DNA of 63,644 bases, the filler included, from Bipalium vagum (taxonomy: Eukaryota), in the NCBI GenBank assembly GCA_037834085.1. It is 3 parts of 3 records of this genome, joined end to end, with 100 filler letters (N's around TTAATTAATTAA, not from the genome) between each part and the next. Parts side by side here need not be neighbours in the genome. Positions count along the whole stretch, not along the records: positions 1 to 29,165 come from JBBMKC010038601.1; 2 more parts are not named here. One strand, given 5' to 3'. Of this stretch, positions 13,008 to 26,800 are shown piece by piece. Positions within the stretch are counted from its first letter, which is position 1. Each line of letters begins with the position of its first letter. The position numbers and the translations under genes are program-made. The notes beneath the pieces are model-generated. The model saw only the letters and a list, made by a program, of their open reading frames with translations. It was not told where the DNA came from and did not search any database.

Positions 13008-14154
13008 TGTAGTTTTGATAGCAAACCAATTGATATTAACATCGCAGTCATCACCGACACGGATCCAATCACTGAAGGGTGGCGATGTTAAAGAAATTCA
13101 TCACGCAGTACATAAAGTATTTCACGATGAAAGAAACTCTGAGAAACACTGATCTATTGTTTATTAGATCTGGATTTGATGGAGAAGTACGAAAGCACGG
13201 CCGGAAAGTTAATGGATTTGAAGGAAGACTACGGTTGGGTTTTTTTTTTCATACTAAAAGATTTGATGGGTGATTGGGAAAAGTTACTCAACTATCTTAG
13301 AGAAGCCGGTAGCGTGACAATTTTCTGGAGAAAGTCTGTGGAGACTACGACCAAGTCCAAATCCACGAGTAGATTCGGCCAACATTCCAGGAGCAGCATC
13401 CGTGATTCAGGCAGTGCCAACTCCTTCGAACAATCAATAGATTAGCATATTTGATTAAAACTTGTGAATCAAAACATTTACCATTGTGTATTTGTGATCC
13501 CTTAATATTGTATTGTTTTTATCAAAACATTTAACATTGTGTATTTGTGATCCCTTAATGTTGTATTGTTTTTAATCTTGGCGTTATATTGCCGTTTTGT
13601 AATATATGTAATAAATGTAAAGTCAAATTTGATTGATTGATAAAATATTAAAAAATAAAGCGAATATTTATGCAACCCAAATTTTACGTAAACCCAAATT
13701 TAAATATTTGTAAAAATAACTGAGGAGCTTTTTGTGCATCTACAATTACTATAGACGATTTATGAAAGAGTATGCACTGAAAGCAAAAGCTATGTAATGA
13801 TTATGCGGAATTAATAATAAGAAATTGATTTGGACACCAGGAGTAAATAAAGCATTTGAAGAACTAAAAGAGGCACTGATAACCAACCCAATATTTTTCT
13901 TTCAAGAATAAAGAATTAAATAAAGAATTCATTCTTGAAACTGATGAAATTTTGATACAATTCGGAATTTTAAAGTTTTTTTCAAAGAAAGATTCAAATG
14001 GCCATGAAAGAGATGTAGCACATGACTCGTATTCAATGAACGCTCGCGTAAAAGGTTACAGTGTGACACGTAGTTTGTAATTAGTTTTGTAATCATTTCA
14101 ATCATTATTTATATGGGAGATAGTAGTTTGATAGTAAACCAATTGATATTAACA
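13008..14154 (+). mobile_element. Internally deleted Ty3/Gypsy element bounded by about 34-bp LTR-like direct repeats
   Basis: tgtagttttgatagcaaaccaattgatattaaca (13008-13041) recurs as tagtagtttgatagtaaaccaattgatattaaca (14121-14154) right after gggaga. The inside has gag remnants (DWEKLLNY) and RT/RNase H remnants (LRSFLCIYNYYRRF, KLIWTPGVNKAFEELK, FCNHFNHYLYG) homologous to the 53-58 kb element. Confidence 0.8.
13468..13573 (+). repeat. 53-bp tandem duplication
   Basis: atcaaaacatttaccattgtgtatttgtgatcccttaatattgtattgttttt x2 with 2 mismatches. Confidence 0.9.
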
Positions 14155-14421
14155 GTTACTTTTAACATCATGGTTATTTTTTAAATATAATTTTTTATTT
14201 AGTTTAATAGAATTAAATTAATTAATAATAAAATAAATTCTCATTTACTGTCTAGGAATCATAAAATGTTGTTTGTATATATCAATACAAATTTATTAAA
14301 TTCAGCGTCATTTGACATTTGTAATATGGCTTCGAAAAGTTAATTAGTGTTATTTTTTATTTAATAGAAATGGAATGATTTTTTATATATCAGCTGTTGA
14401 AATTTACACATTTTTAGAGTA

Positions 14422-14836
14422 ATGAATGAGACATTAAGTTCTAATATATGGCCTAGTTTTGAAAATTCCCGCCAAAATTGGAATGATCAATTTAAAAGCA
14501 ATTCAGCTAATAGTTGGCAATATAATATCAATAATTCAACAGAAATTTATCAATCACCCGTGGATTTAAATACATTATGGTCTGCTAAATCTGAAGTAAG
14601 CGATGAGTGTGAGAAAGATTCGTACATCAAATCGATATGGAGTACGAGCGCAAGTCCAAATCATAACTTGTCGGAAAATAATATCTTGACTATGCAAGCT
14701 GATAGTCGAAAATCAAATTTTGAAAAAGCTTCAGCTGATTCTCAAAAATTGAATATTAGTTATTTAATTGTGTCAAATGAACGTTGGGGAAATATAAAAA
14801 TCAACCAGACAACTCCTTGGACTATTTGTGAAATTG
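14422..14836 (+). CDS. TNRC6: GW182/TNRC6 exon 1 (Trp-containing N-terminus, motif I)
   Basis: ATG at 14422 with an in-frame stop upstream. Donor G|GTATGG at 14836/14837, then a 46-nt intron to ttgtag at 14882. Confidence 0.8.
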
Positions 14837-17800
14837 GTATGGTTTTGAGATGAACATTGTTTTTAGTTTATTGATCTTGTAGATGATAGTGAGAAACGAG
14901 CACGCGATCCTATGGTATGGCGAGCTAAAGTCGATGGAACTGAAATTTGGGAAGAATACTACACCAAGCAACACGGCAAGCGACGTCCCCATCAAATAGA
15001 CAATTCCTCATTCAATGCCAGTGAAATTATGTGGTCATCCTCATCTGATATTTCCCAGAATGCCAATCTGTTATGGTCGAATAAATCAAATGAAGTCAAT
15101 TCCGCCGGACAGACAGATCTTTTTTTACCAAATTATGGTGGAAATGGAAATAATCATTCCAATTTCAGTTCTAATAATGGAGTTAGGCAGGTAATGTCAT
15201 CTCTTTCATTGTGTGATAATAATTCTAAGAAAAAAATTATGGATTTCCATGAAATGGAAATAATTTTTGTTGAAAATATTTTTGTGCATTAATTGATTAA
15301 CTTTAACGACTGAAATAATTTATATTGAATAATAATTTTTAATGATTGTGTCATGTGATTGGATTAAATGTCCAGATTAAAGTATTTTTTGGCAAATAAT
15401 TCATCTATAAGTAAAATCGTTTAGCTGCAGTCGAAAATGGTAAATTTCTTGTTAAATTTCGAATTTTTCCATCGAGCTAGTGCATATTTTGACCGGAATT
15501 CGTGGTGGCGGCGGTTGGATTGTCAGCGGGAACAGAAATGATGGCTATTTTCTAATTTATGAGAAATTCTAAAAATGTAATAAAATAATATTCCTAGAAA
15601 ATTATTGATGAAAATAATAATTTATTAAAAAATCGATATATGAAGACATTAAACTATGAAAGAAATATATTTTCAATTATTTATTATTTAATTGATTTAA
15701 TTTAAATGATATTTTAATTTTAATATTTCATATATTATATGTACAATATTTTAAAAATTGAAAATTTTATTTATATTTTAAATATTTAATCAATTTTATT
15801 TTATTAATAATTCTATTATGGGTGTGAATAAATAACCAGACTTTTTTGAAGAAATAATGAAGAAGAAGAAACTAAAGTTAATAATATAAAGTCTTTGACG
15901 TCTCTATTCGTATGGCACCCATCTTACTAGTTTTTCAATCATTCAAATTGTTTGTAAACGTTTGGTCACGGTAGAACGATCGAATCAAAATGATATTTAC
16001 ATATGATCTTACGTCTGACATGAATTTTGGCTGAGCAAAGTCTTCAATTCTACATCATCAAACTATTTTGGGCGCCCAAATCAATCATAGTCCTTGATGT
16101 TGAAATCATCATTTTTAAACCGATGAAACCATTCAAAAATTGTGTTTTTGACAAAGCATCTTTCCCATATGTTCCCTCTAATAAATGGCAACTCTCAATG
16201 ACTCTTCTTAGAGTAAACAAATCTTCCCGCAAATACTGCTTTCTCCAATTTTCAAAATTTTGCAACCTAGATTAACTAAAGAGGAATATTTAAAAAAATC
16301 ATTCTTACATTTAAATTTGATAGATAAATATTGATATTTTAAATAACATATTATTTATGTATAACCAAGAATTTTAAAACTGAAAGTTTTTGTTTGATTC
16401 CTGTTACTTATTCATACCTAATATTTTTAATTATTTAAGAAATTTTCTAAAAGAAAAATTCAAATAATACTAACAAGAAATTAATTGATAATATAATGAG
16501 GTTTTATATCCATTATTTAATTTTAAACAAGAATTAGGAATATACAAACATGAAATTATCGCAACATGACCGTTTCAATTCTTTATTATTTAACTTATTG
16601 ATTTAATTCATGAATTTAATGTACAGATTTTTTTAACTTAAGCACAAGCTATATTATGAAACTTTTCAAATCAAAGATTTATTGATTTATTCAAATTTAT
16701 TTTATTACTTATTTTTATTTAATTATTTTTTTAATTTAATAATATTTTTATTTTTAATTAATTATATATGAAAGATATTTTACTTATTAATTTAAAATTA
16801 AAAAATTATCATGGCACTAAAATAAAGCTAATAATAATAGAGTTTACAGATTTAATTTTTGTCGTAATCGAATGTAAAAACAATCGATATTTATTAGATT
16901 TGAGTCGTCGGGGCTATGTCGAAGAAAAAGTCTTTCCGTTTCAGTCTTAAAATTTCTCACAATAATGTTATTATTATTACTGCAGAGCAGCTTGAAACAG
17001 TAGACTATTTTTAACTTGTCTGGTCACCAAAGTGGTGTTAGATTTATTATTAATCAAATTTTCTATTTTGCATAATCAGGCGAAATATTTTCCGCCACGT
17101 AAAACATGACAATGAATAATTTAATTATGATTTAACCAATGAATTATCTTACTTTGGAATCCGCTTGTCCTGTGAGAAACTGCTTTGTCTACTTTATTTC
17201 TTTTTTTACTAGCAGCAAAAAAGAATATTCGTCAAAACAGGCTTTTTGAAGATTTTCATTCCATTGCCAAACTTATTTCTTGAACAATAACTTAAATTTT
17301 TTCACTCCACTGAATATGTATAAAATCGATAGTGTATTGTTGAAAAAAATTCTTAAATGATTATCGAAAACACGATAATTTTTTTTTAAAAATCAATAGT
17401 TTTCACTTTATTCAATTTCACTTTTAATTAAAATTCTATAAAAAATTTTAATTGATTTTCTAATGAAAACATTGACAGACGAGAATTACATTGATTAATT
17501 TTTCTGGACTGGATTAAAGTATCAAACCGCTTTAATTTGTTTGAATAATTTTTATATATTATTTGACACTTATACAAATATAAAAAATATTGCCGGCAAT
17601 AGCTTCCATCTTCACTTCCGACATCATCAGATGTTACCAATAGTAACCTTTACATTTCATTTTCTGAAAATACAATGGCTTTTTTGCTACCAGTATCATT
17701 ATTGTTAATCAAAATTATCATGTCAGAAATTTTTATCTGATTCATATTCAATCAAATGAATAGTTTAAGTTTAGTTTTTCAATTTATTTACAATACCCCT

Positions 17801-20800
17801 CATTAAAATTAATATTTCTCATTTTTGCATGGTATAATAATCATTATAATAAAAATGATAATAAACGTTTTTATTAATATAAATAATAGCTTCTTAGAAT
17901 ATCTTTTAGTGACAATATTGATTTTAGAAATTATCTTTCAAATTGGACAATTTAATGATTGCAATGTATTTTCTTCTACATTAAGAAATAGTAAAATCTC
18001 TCTATGTCTCAAAGAAAATGTCTCATCCTTATCCACAAAAAATGCTTTTTAATATTCTAAATATAAGATAGAGAAACATTTTCCCTGTTAAGCGTAGCAT
18101 AACGCAATATTTTTAATTATAGGGGAAAATCTGCTTTTAATTTTTTATTATAAACAGACGATTGCGAAACTGTATTTGTTCATGATAATAACATTTGCTT
18201 TCTCTTTTGTTATTATCGATTTTGGAAAACATTAAACGTTTCATAGGAAAATGATGAAACAAGATATTTTCTATATTTCTGTATATATTTCTGTTTTTCA
18301 CAGGAAAAAATGCTGTGTTTCACATGGTTTGGTGCTGTTAAATTGGAATCTATTCAGCGTTGGCAGCTGTTCTCTATTGTTTTCTTAGTTTAATTTATCA
18401 TAAATTTTGCTTGAAAAAGTAAATATTACTTAGAACTTGCGTTTCATGTTATTTGCGTATCTTTCCGGGCCTTTTGTTTATTAAGAAATCATGAATCATT
18501 TTTAAATATATTTTAAAAATTACAATTTCCCTTTTGAATATAATTTAACAATTTTCAACATAGATTTTACAGAATAAAAATACTAATAAAAATGTAATAA
18601 TTACGTTTCTAATGGTTGTTATTAAAATGAACTTTAAATATTTATTATTAATTAAAAATAATATTATTAAAGGATAAGTGAACAAAATAACTTCAGTTAT
18701 ACATTTGAAATAAAGTTTTTGTGCAGAAAGATTGATTCTTAAACATAAATAAGAAATTAAGTAAACTTTTGAATTTTTAATCAATAATCAATTTAAATCT
18801 GTCATTTGACCGGTGATAAAATTTCAAGAATCAATTACACAAAACAGCGTACACTTTGTACATTGTTTATCAATTGAAGTAAAATCAATGTAACTTACTG
18901 CGGAGATTAGCACAATATTATGATTATTAAAATTCTGACAATCAGTTATCGAATTAAAAATTAGATACAGAAATTTATGAAATTATTATTATATTTTTAG
19001 TAAATTTAAATACATTTTGTTGAGTATTACCTTTTTAACAAATATATTGATAGAAAATAAATAATATTTAAATTGAACCAAATAAAAAAATCCATTATTT
19101 TATTTCTTTCAAAATAAATATTAAATAATCAATATTTTTCATTATTTAAAATTCTTTTGAAGACGTGGAATATTTATTAATTGAAAAAATATTTTTAAAT
19201 AATTTAGGTCAAGAAATAAAAGTTTGGCCAACAGAGTTTCCGATTGAGGCAAATATATTTTCTGTAAAATAAAAATGTCTTGATTTTCAAGATTAATTAT
19301 TATATGATAAATGTTAACAGAATTGGAAACCAATTAAAAATCTTTAGTTACACTTATACACGAAATTGGTCTGTTAATTGCACTAGAGTGACTATCCATT
19401 TCTTGTCAGCATGGCTATTTTTTGTAAGGATTTTATTAAAATTCTCAAAAATTGAAAATAAATCTAATCATTGCATAACAAAAATAAAAAATGTATTATA
19501 ATTTGACTTATCATATTTTTTTATTCAATTATAAACATACAATATTAATTAAAATTTTACAATTTTCTAATAATATTAAAATTATTATTTTATTTTGTCT
19601 CAGATAGATCTAACGAATTTATAATCAAATAACTTTAGTAAATATAAATTACGACAGAATTTTTTGACTTCTTTTTATTAAATTGTCTCTGTTTATCGAT
19701 TGTAATTTTTGAAATTTTGTGATTTAAAATACAAATAATATTTAGGTAAATTGAGACAGGTATTTTGATTGACCCTAAGCTTATCATGATTATTTTATTG
19801 TATTCAACTCGAATTTTGAAATTAATTTCAAAAGTAAAAATTTTTTTTTCAATTTTAAAGCTGTTAATTTGCTGTCATCATTTTAAAATCTAGGAACTGA
19901 AAATTGATAAAAATTAATGAACTGCCAATAGAGTTTAGGTATAAGGAAATTTGCTGTGTGTAAGTAAACCATATTGAACCAAACTTTCTTCAAGGAACAT
20001 CTGTCTTATTTTTTGATCCGTTGGCATGTCTTTGTCTGTGTGTGTATCATTAAACGGATTTGATTTCGTATTTGATAAATTAAGGAATTCCCCGCTTGTC
20101 ATTAAAATGCTTCCATTGGAGACATGCTTCATGCTATTTTCATCTAGGGTGGCTCCAGAGCGCATTTACAAATACCTCTCACAGGCAGACTGACACACAC
20201 CATCATTTTGATTATCATCACTAAGGCATATTTATGAATCGATATCCCTAATATGTGAAATCATTGTCCAAAAGATGTCTACAATTATCATTTTCCTCTC
20301 CTTTCTACACACATTGACGATGTGCAGAAATTCGATATTTATTTAATTAGTTTAATTTTATTAATTTCCCTTTTCACATTTACATTTGTCAAATTTTTCA
20401 TCTCTTAAACTGCAATTTTTCATGTAAATATTATGTAAAATCTCTATCTTGTCAATAGTGTACCAATATTATGAGTACTTTTATTCAAATCAACATAATC
20501 TGTTTTCTATCTGACAAAGCCGCCTAGAATTATCACAGTTCCTCATTTTCCAATATATTCAATAAATGTCAGGGTCTTCTGTTTTAAAATTAAAATTTTT
20601 CGATCATCTGTTTTCCAATTTAATCCACATTTTTGTGTTTAGTAATTTATAAAAAAAATGATCTTTTTTCAGTCAAATTTAGCGGATATATTTCTCATCA
20701 TTTCTTTTATAAATTTAATGTTTTTCTATTGATTTAATATAATTGAAATAATTATCGATATTTATTAACGACTATCACAAAACCCGGAATGTAGTATCTG

Positions 20801-23800
20801 GTGATAAAGAAAATTAAAGTAATTTAATTATATAATTTTGATTTATGATCATTGATCTTAGATGATTTTCATTACTTTTGAATGTTAAAATATTTATACT
20901 ATTGATTTTGTATTATTGACTTTCTTGTGAGAAATTGTCTAATCAATATTAATTTCTTTTTTATCCAAAATCAATTTGTCAATTAAAAATATTTTGATTA
21001 TGAATTTAGTCGATATTTTTAGAAAATGTTATTGGATATTATTTTCTAAAACTTCAATTTTTTATTAATTTTTCTTTCACAATACTTTTTTTAAAAAATT
21101 AATAATAAAAATATTGGACAAAATATGAAAACTTTCTTTTTGTGCAGAGTATGACTAGAAATCAAGCTCAAAAGTATTTGCAAGAAATGGGTTTCAGTCT
21201 GAGTGATTCAATTGGTGCATTAGTAAACAATCAGATGGATCTTCCAAAGGCTCTGAACGAGTTGCAAAGCAAGTACCGAATTTTCACAAACGGTGTCCAC
21301 CAGTCTTACAATAACCGCCTCATCATGGACAATGGTAGCCTTACTCGTATTCCACCATGTTCTCCAATCAATCCTATTGTCGGTCAAAATGCATCAATGG
21401 TCAACTCTAATTATCCCAACAATATAGAAATGTTTCATTCTGATATCTCAGACCAAGTAAGCTGTTTTCTCGATTGGTTTCGTTGTACTCACTGTTTGGG
21501 TTTATATCAGGAGATCAAAAGAAGCACATGATTTTAAGCTAATTGATAACTTATTTCAATTATTAATCTTAGAATGTTTGTTGGCTAAGAGATTTTTTGA
21601 GAAGTGTTAGTGAAATCATTTATTATCTCATTCTTAAAACACTTGTTTCAGAAACAAGTTCAATTTACGTTGTTTGATTACAGCTGAACATTTCTTCTTT
21701 GATGATGAATATTATTAAATTAAATAAAATGAGTTCTTCTTTAAATCAATTGAACACAAAGAGGAGAATGCTTCTAATGTTTATGTAGTTTTTTGAAATT
21801 ATCCTTTTTCACAAAAATTCTCCTTAAGATATTCTGCTGACTTTGTTGAGCTTGATTCTCTTTTTGCGGGGGAGCTTCGTCTCTTTAGTTTCGAGTTACC
21901 TCATTGCATTGTCCATAGCAACATCAGGGGAACTCAAAAAAGTTTCAATCATTTTCTGATGTCACTAGCAAGGATTGTTACTGATATTGGATATTATTCA
22001 AAATTGATTTATTCATGTACTATCTCATTAAATAGTCTTTGGGACGTTGACCTTGGATTTCGGATTCTCTTTTACAACAGTCTTTGTTGAGAAAGCCAAT
22101 CAAATAAAATTTACTTCAATGCTAGTTACCCAGTTATTGGTGAAGTCTTCACTTTTCCACTTCATGAAGTTATCACCAATAAGCTGAAATATCATAGAAC
22201 AGGTGCGAGAAGGGTTCTCAGTCAATTAACGGGTGACAACAAAAAGACAAGACTTCGACTTTGCACAGAGCTGAAAAACCGACATGACCAGGAATGTAAT
22301 GTTTTTTTTGGACAGTATTATGACCAGTGATGAGACATGGATTCATCATTATGAACCGTAATCTAAAAAACAAAGCATAGAATGAAGGCATTCAAGCTCA
22401 ACAGTCAAGAAAAAGTTTCGAACCCAATCATCAGCAAGAAAATTCATGATGACAATTTTTTTTTACTCAATGGGCCCGGTTTTGTCGATTTTATATGACT
22501 AGTCGAGAATAAATGGCACATACTAGGGTGACATGCTCATGAACAAAGTTAAGTCAGCAATATTGATAAAACACCCTGGGTATCAACGTGGAGTTATCAT
22601 TTTGCTTCACGATAATTTAAGGCCTCAGAAAACTCGAGAAACCATTGATAAGTTACATTGGAAGCTATAGCTTCACCCTCCATATAGCCTTTCCCTGGAT
22701 CCATCGGATTTTAATTTGTTTACTTACGAGGTCAGAAGTTTATTGACAATAATCATATAAAAGAAAATGTGCTAAATTGGCTCCGAGGTCAGGACAAATT
22801 ATTCTTTGCAACCGATATAAGTAAACTTATTCACAGATGGGACAAGTGTATAAATGTTTGTGGAGATTATATTGAAAAGTAATCACAGTGTCACATTGAT
22901 TAAAAAAAGTGTTTTCTCTATTATTCTGTCTTTAATTATTGAACTACCCTCTTATTATGAATATTTAAATTGGTTTCCTTTTATCAGTAAACCTTTTCAT
23001 TCACTGATCACATCCTAACGTGTATAATACTTTTATATACCTATTTATAACTTTGCGCATTGCTTTTGACAATGAGTTTCATTAAATATTAGAGTTATTA
23101 AATATTTTTACAATTAAATTCTCTAAATTTATATATTCTTTAAATATAATTCAAATTCTCAAGACTTATTATTATTATTATTGTAAAAATAAAATTCGAG
23201 TTATTAAAATATGTTCTATGAAATATTCTTTATTGATTTAAAAATTATCTGTTATCAAAATTTAAGGTCAATTCTTTTAATAAAAAATAAAAAAATTGAC
23301 TTTTCGTTTGACCTAAGTGGCTTTACTTAAAATTTTCAAATCGAATTTTCGTACCTAATATCTTTTGTCTGTATATCGATTCCGTTGCTTTTTGTGAAAG
23401 AATTGTGTATTAGCCAAACAGTAACTCACACTTTCCATGAAAGAAAATCTCCCAGTTACTTCGGAAAGAGTTTAAGAGTTTACTGATTTATATCTTCATT
23501 AACCAATTGCACTTTAATATTTTTTGTGCATTTTTGTTTAATTTTTTCAACAGGTTTTCTTTAAGAGGTATAACTTGAATATAATTGAAGGGGTATAAAC
23601 TAGAACATGACTAATTTATAAGTTATTTAACATGAATATTATTTCCAGAGATTGTTGTATCCTTAAAAACTCTCTCAAAACAGTAAAATGCTTTTTTAAA
23701 AAATCAGTGGAACGAAAATTTGTTCTTTGAATACACTGACTATTTATCCCATAACTTTTAATTATGAAAGTTTATCGACGAAAAATATATATTTAGTAAA

Positions 23801-26800
23801 AGTTAAAGCTTAGACATTGATTTTCTTTTTAATTGTTAATTACCCAGATTCTTCCATTCTTAAAAATGATTTGTCAGACATCGTATTTTGCAGAAATTTT
23901 CAATTTCTCTTTAATTCAATAACTCATTATCAGAAATCAATTCTTATCTTGTAAAATTGTGCTACCAATATTGATTGAGGCAATCATTTCACTCTTCGCA
24001 GTTTCCAATTTAAAATCTCAATCTACTTAATTTTATTTTATTTTTCTCCACAAGCACTGCATACCGACCACTTTTCCCAGATAGACACATAATATGGCTA
24101 AATTTGGATTTCTAATTGGTCGGTGGCTCAGTTTCCAGTGAATGGAGTGGCGGATGATTGTAGAAAATAAAGGATGTCGGGAGTATCGAATTGATGAACT
24201 AGACAAATGCAGAATAGTTTTCTTACTACAAAGGCTCATCTTCGTCAAAAAGGGAAATCGTATAATTGTAAAATTAACCATTAGAATGCCTCCACCAGTT
24301 TTTTCTCTGCAAAACTGGATGGTTTTGGTAAATTATCTTATTAAAATATAATGAATCTTTTTAACGTATTTTCGATTTATTAAATTTTGTTTATTTTTCG
24401 TATTAATTTTATCGGTTTTTAATATTTATTGATTTTTTTGTTTTTGAAAAATGTTCCTATTGTTGTTATTTGTCATTTTGAAACATAATATGTTAATAAA
24501 ATGAATATTTGAGAAAAATGCACACCATTTTCTAAAATATTGTGTTTAAACCTACTGTGTTTCAATTTTCAGATGATGGATTCAAAATACATGGGTAATA
24601 TGGACCAAAACATGACAGCTTTCAACCGGATGAGTGAGACTAGTTGTCAACATTCAAGTAATTTGTCCAGACAGCAAGACTCATTTCGAAACAACTTTCA
24701 CAACAGTGGTATCAACAATCGAGCCATGTCTACGAATTCCGGACATTTTCCCAACTCCTCTGATATGGGTCTACTCAATCAAGGCATGAATCGAATGAAT
24801 ATGAATTTCAATGTTCGATCGAACTCCATTACCAATAATAGCTCATTCAATGGATTGCATAATAATAATAACAATAATAGCAATAGTAACAGCAACAACA
24901 ATTATAACATGGATCTCCGACAAAATGGTTCTGGTATTCCAAATATTTTCGGAAGATCGATCTCAAAGCCGTCATTTTTCTCTCTAAATAATTCTGGAAT
25001 GAATTGGAACACAGAATCGTCTGTTATGTCGCCAAATGGTGCTATGTCAGATACAAGCCAATCACATCTTGCCAAAAACATTTCTTGTCTCGCCAGACCA
25101 GATAAAATAGCAATTGTTATCAAGAAAGTGCAGCATGTCAGTAATTGAAGATTGATTATTATCATTATTAATTATTATTAATTATTATTATTATTATTAT
25201 TTTCATTATTATCATTTTTATTTTTATTTATTAAAATTTTGTTTAATTTTACATTTTATTGGAAATCGATAACAATGCTAATAATAATAACATTCTTTTA
25301 TCAATGTTGAGAAAAAATGAATGTTATTGAAAAACCTTATAATTTTTCTTGTTAATAAAACATTTAAAATCAATTATATTCAATTTTCTAAACTTTTTAA
25401 AAAGTTTTAATTTGATAAGAGAAAATTGATAATTGATTTTTAAAAAAATTATTAATTAAAATTATCAAATCAGTTTTCCAAGTAAACCCTTACAATTCAA
25501 ATTCAAAAGTATTGATAAAAATAATTTTGATAATCGATTATATAAATTTTGAAAGATTTAAAACTTGAAAATTATTTTTCGTAGAAAATTATAAAGAAAA
25601 CTCCATGAATTTCGTAAATATTCAAAATCAAACTTTTCTTTTTAAAAATGGGTCTGTCAAAATCAATTTTAAAATCATTTGTATTTGATTTTTTTTATTG
25701 AATTTTAATTTTATTTCTAATAATTATTTTATTGATTTGTTTAACAGAGGTAGAGACACGTAACACATAAATGGCACTATTCTGTAAATAATATGAAACA
25801 GAAATTGAGCAATTTCAATTTTTGTTTATTTTTCAACAAAATTTTTATTTCAATTTAATCAATAACAGTTTTACGGAAATCAGTTTAGTTCATAAACTTT
25901 TTAATTATAATCAATATTCTGGAAATTGGTATTGATTTCTCGTTTCTTACACGAAATCCATTTAATGTTGATAATATAAAATTTATTTTTCGTAAATATC
26001 AATAATAGTTTTTTTTATTTGTCTGCAAAGTTTCATTAATTTTATCAATCAATTTAGTTTATTTTTCGAGGAAAACGGAGTGTTGTTGTTCAATCTGTGA
26101 CGGTATTTCTGCTTCTCTACTATTTGAATTCATTTTTGGTAGAAAGCAAACAGCGACATTTCACCTTCCCATCACAATAAAACAAACGTCACTAAAAATT
26201 ATCCTTTGGCGTGACCAATCAAAAATGTGTTTTCTGCAGAATACTGTTGAAATTTTCATAATTTTCCTTAGCAAAATTTTTATTTGAAGTTTTTTTATTC
26301 CAATATTATTTAATATTTATAGTATTTATTTATGTCAGTTGTGAACTTGAATGATGTGTGACTGTTTGGAACCGACTTTGATGGTTGCCGAAAATCAACA
26401 GAACAGTATTTTAGACATTCTAATCAATAAATTATGTAAACAACTTTTTTCTTCATTTCCAGTAAAAATCGCCAATCCTTTTCTTCCAGTAAATTATAAA
26501 TTATTAGTTTATTTCTTTATTTATAGGTATTATTATGGATAAAATATTTGCTTGTAGTTTATTTTTGTTCTATTTATATGAGATGGTGAATAGAAGACCG
26601 GTTTTCGATATTATCTTCTATTTTTCATATATGTGTGTTCAGTGGTTCAAAATTTGATTTTAGATATTTTAATTGATTTTAAAACAAATCCGCTTTTATA
26701 TATTGATTGTCGATTTCGTTTCACAGAGATATTTAAATTAATGTTAGATGATGGTGGATTGTCAGAAAAAATTCTGTCCAGTTATAATTTTGGAATTGGA

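Noticed and set aside
19935-20600. Nested antisense gene in GW182 intron 2
   Set aside because: The frame continues upstream through in-frame stops and lacks splice signals; more likely an unidentified decayed element.
24033-24351. WEKWSVCSACG thrombospondin-like motif (- strand) or a missing PAM2 exon
   Set aside because: The motif is flanked by stops, the neighbouring REKTGGGIL looks like a LINE endonuclease remnant, and no PAM2 was found in + frames.
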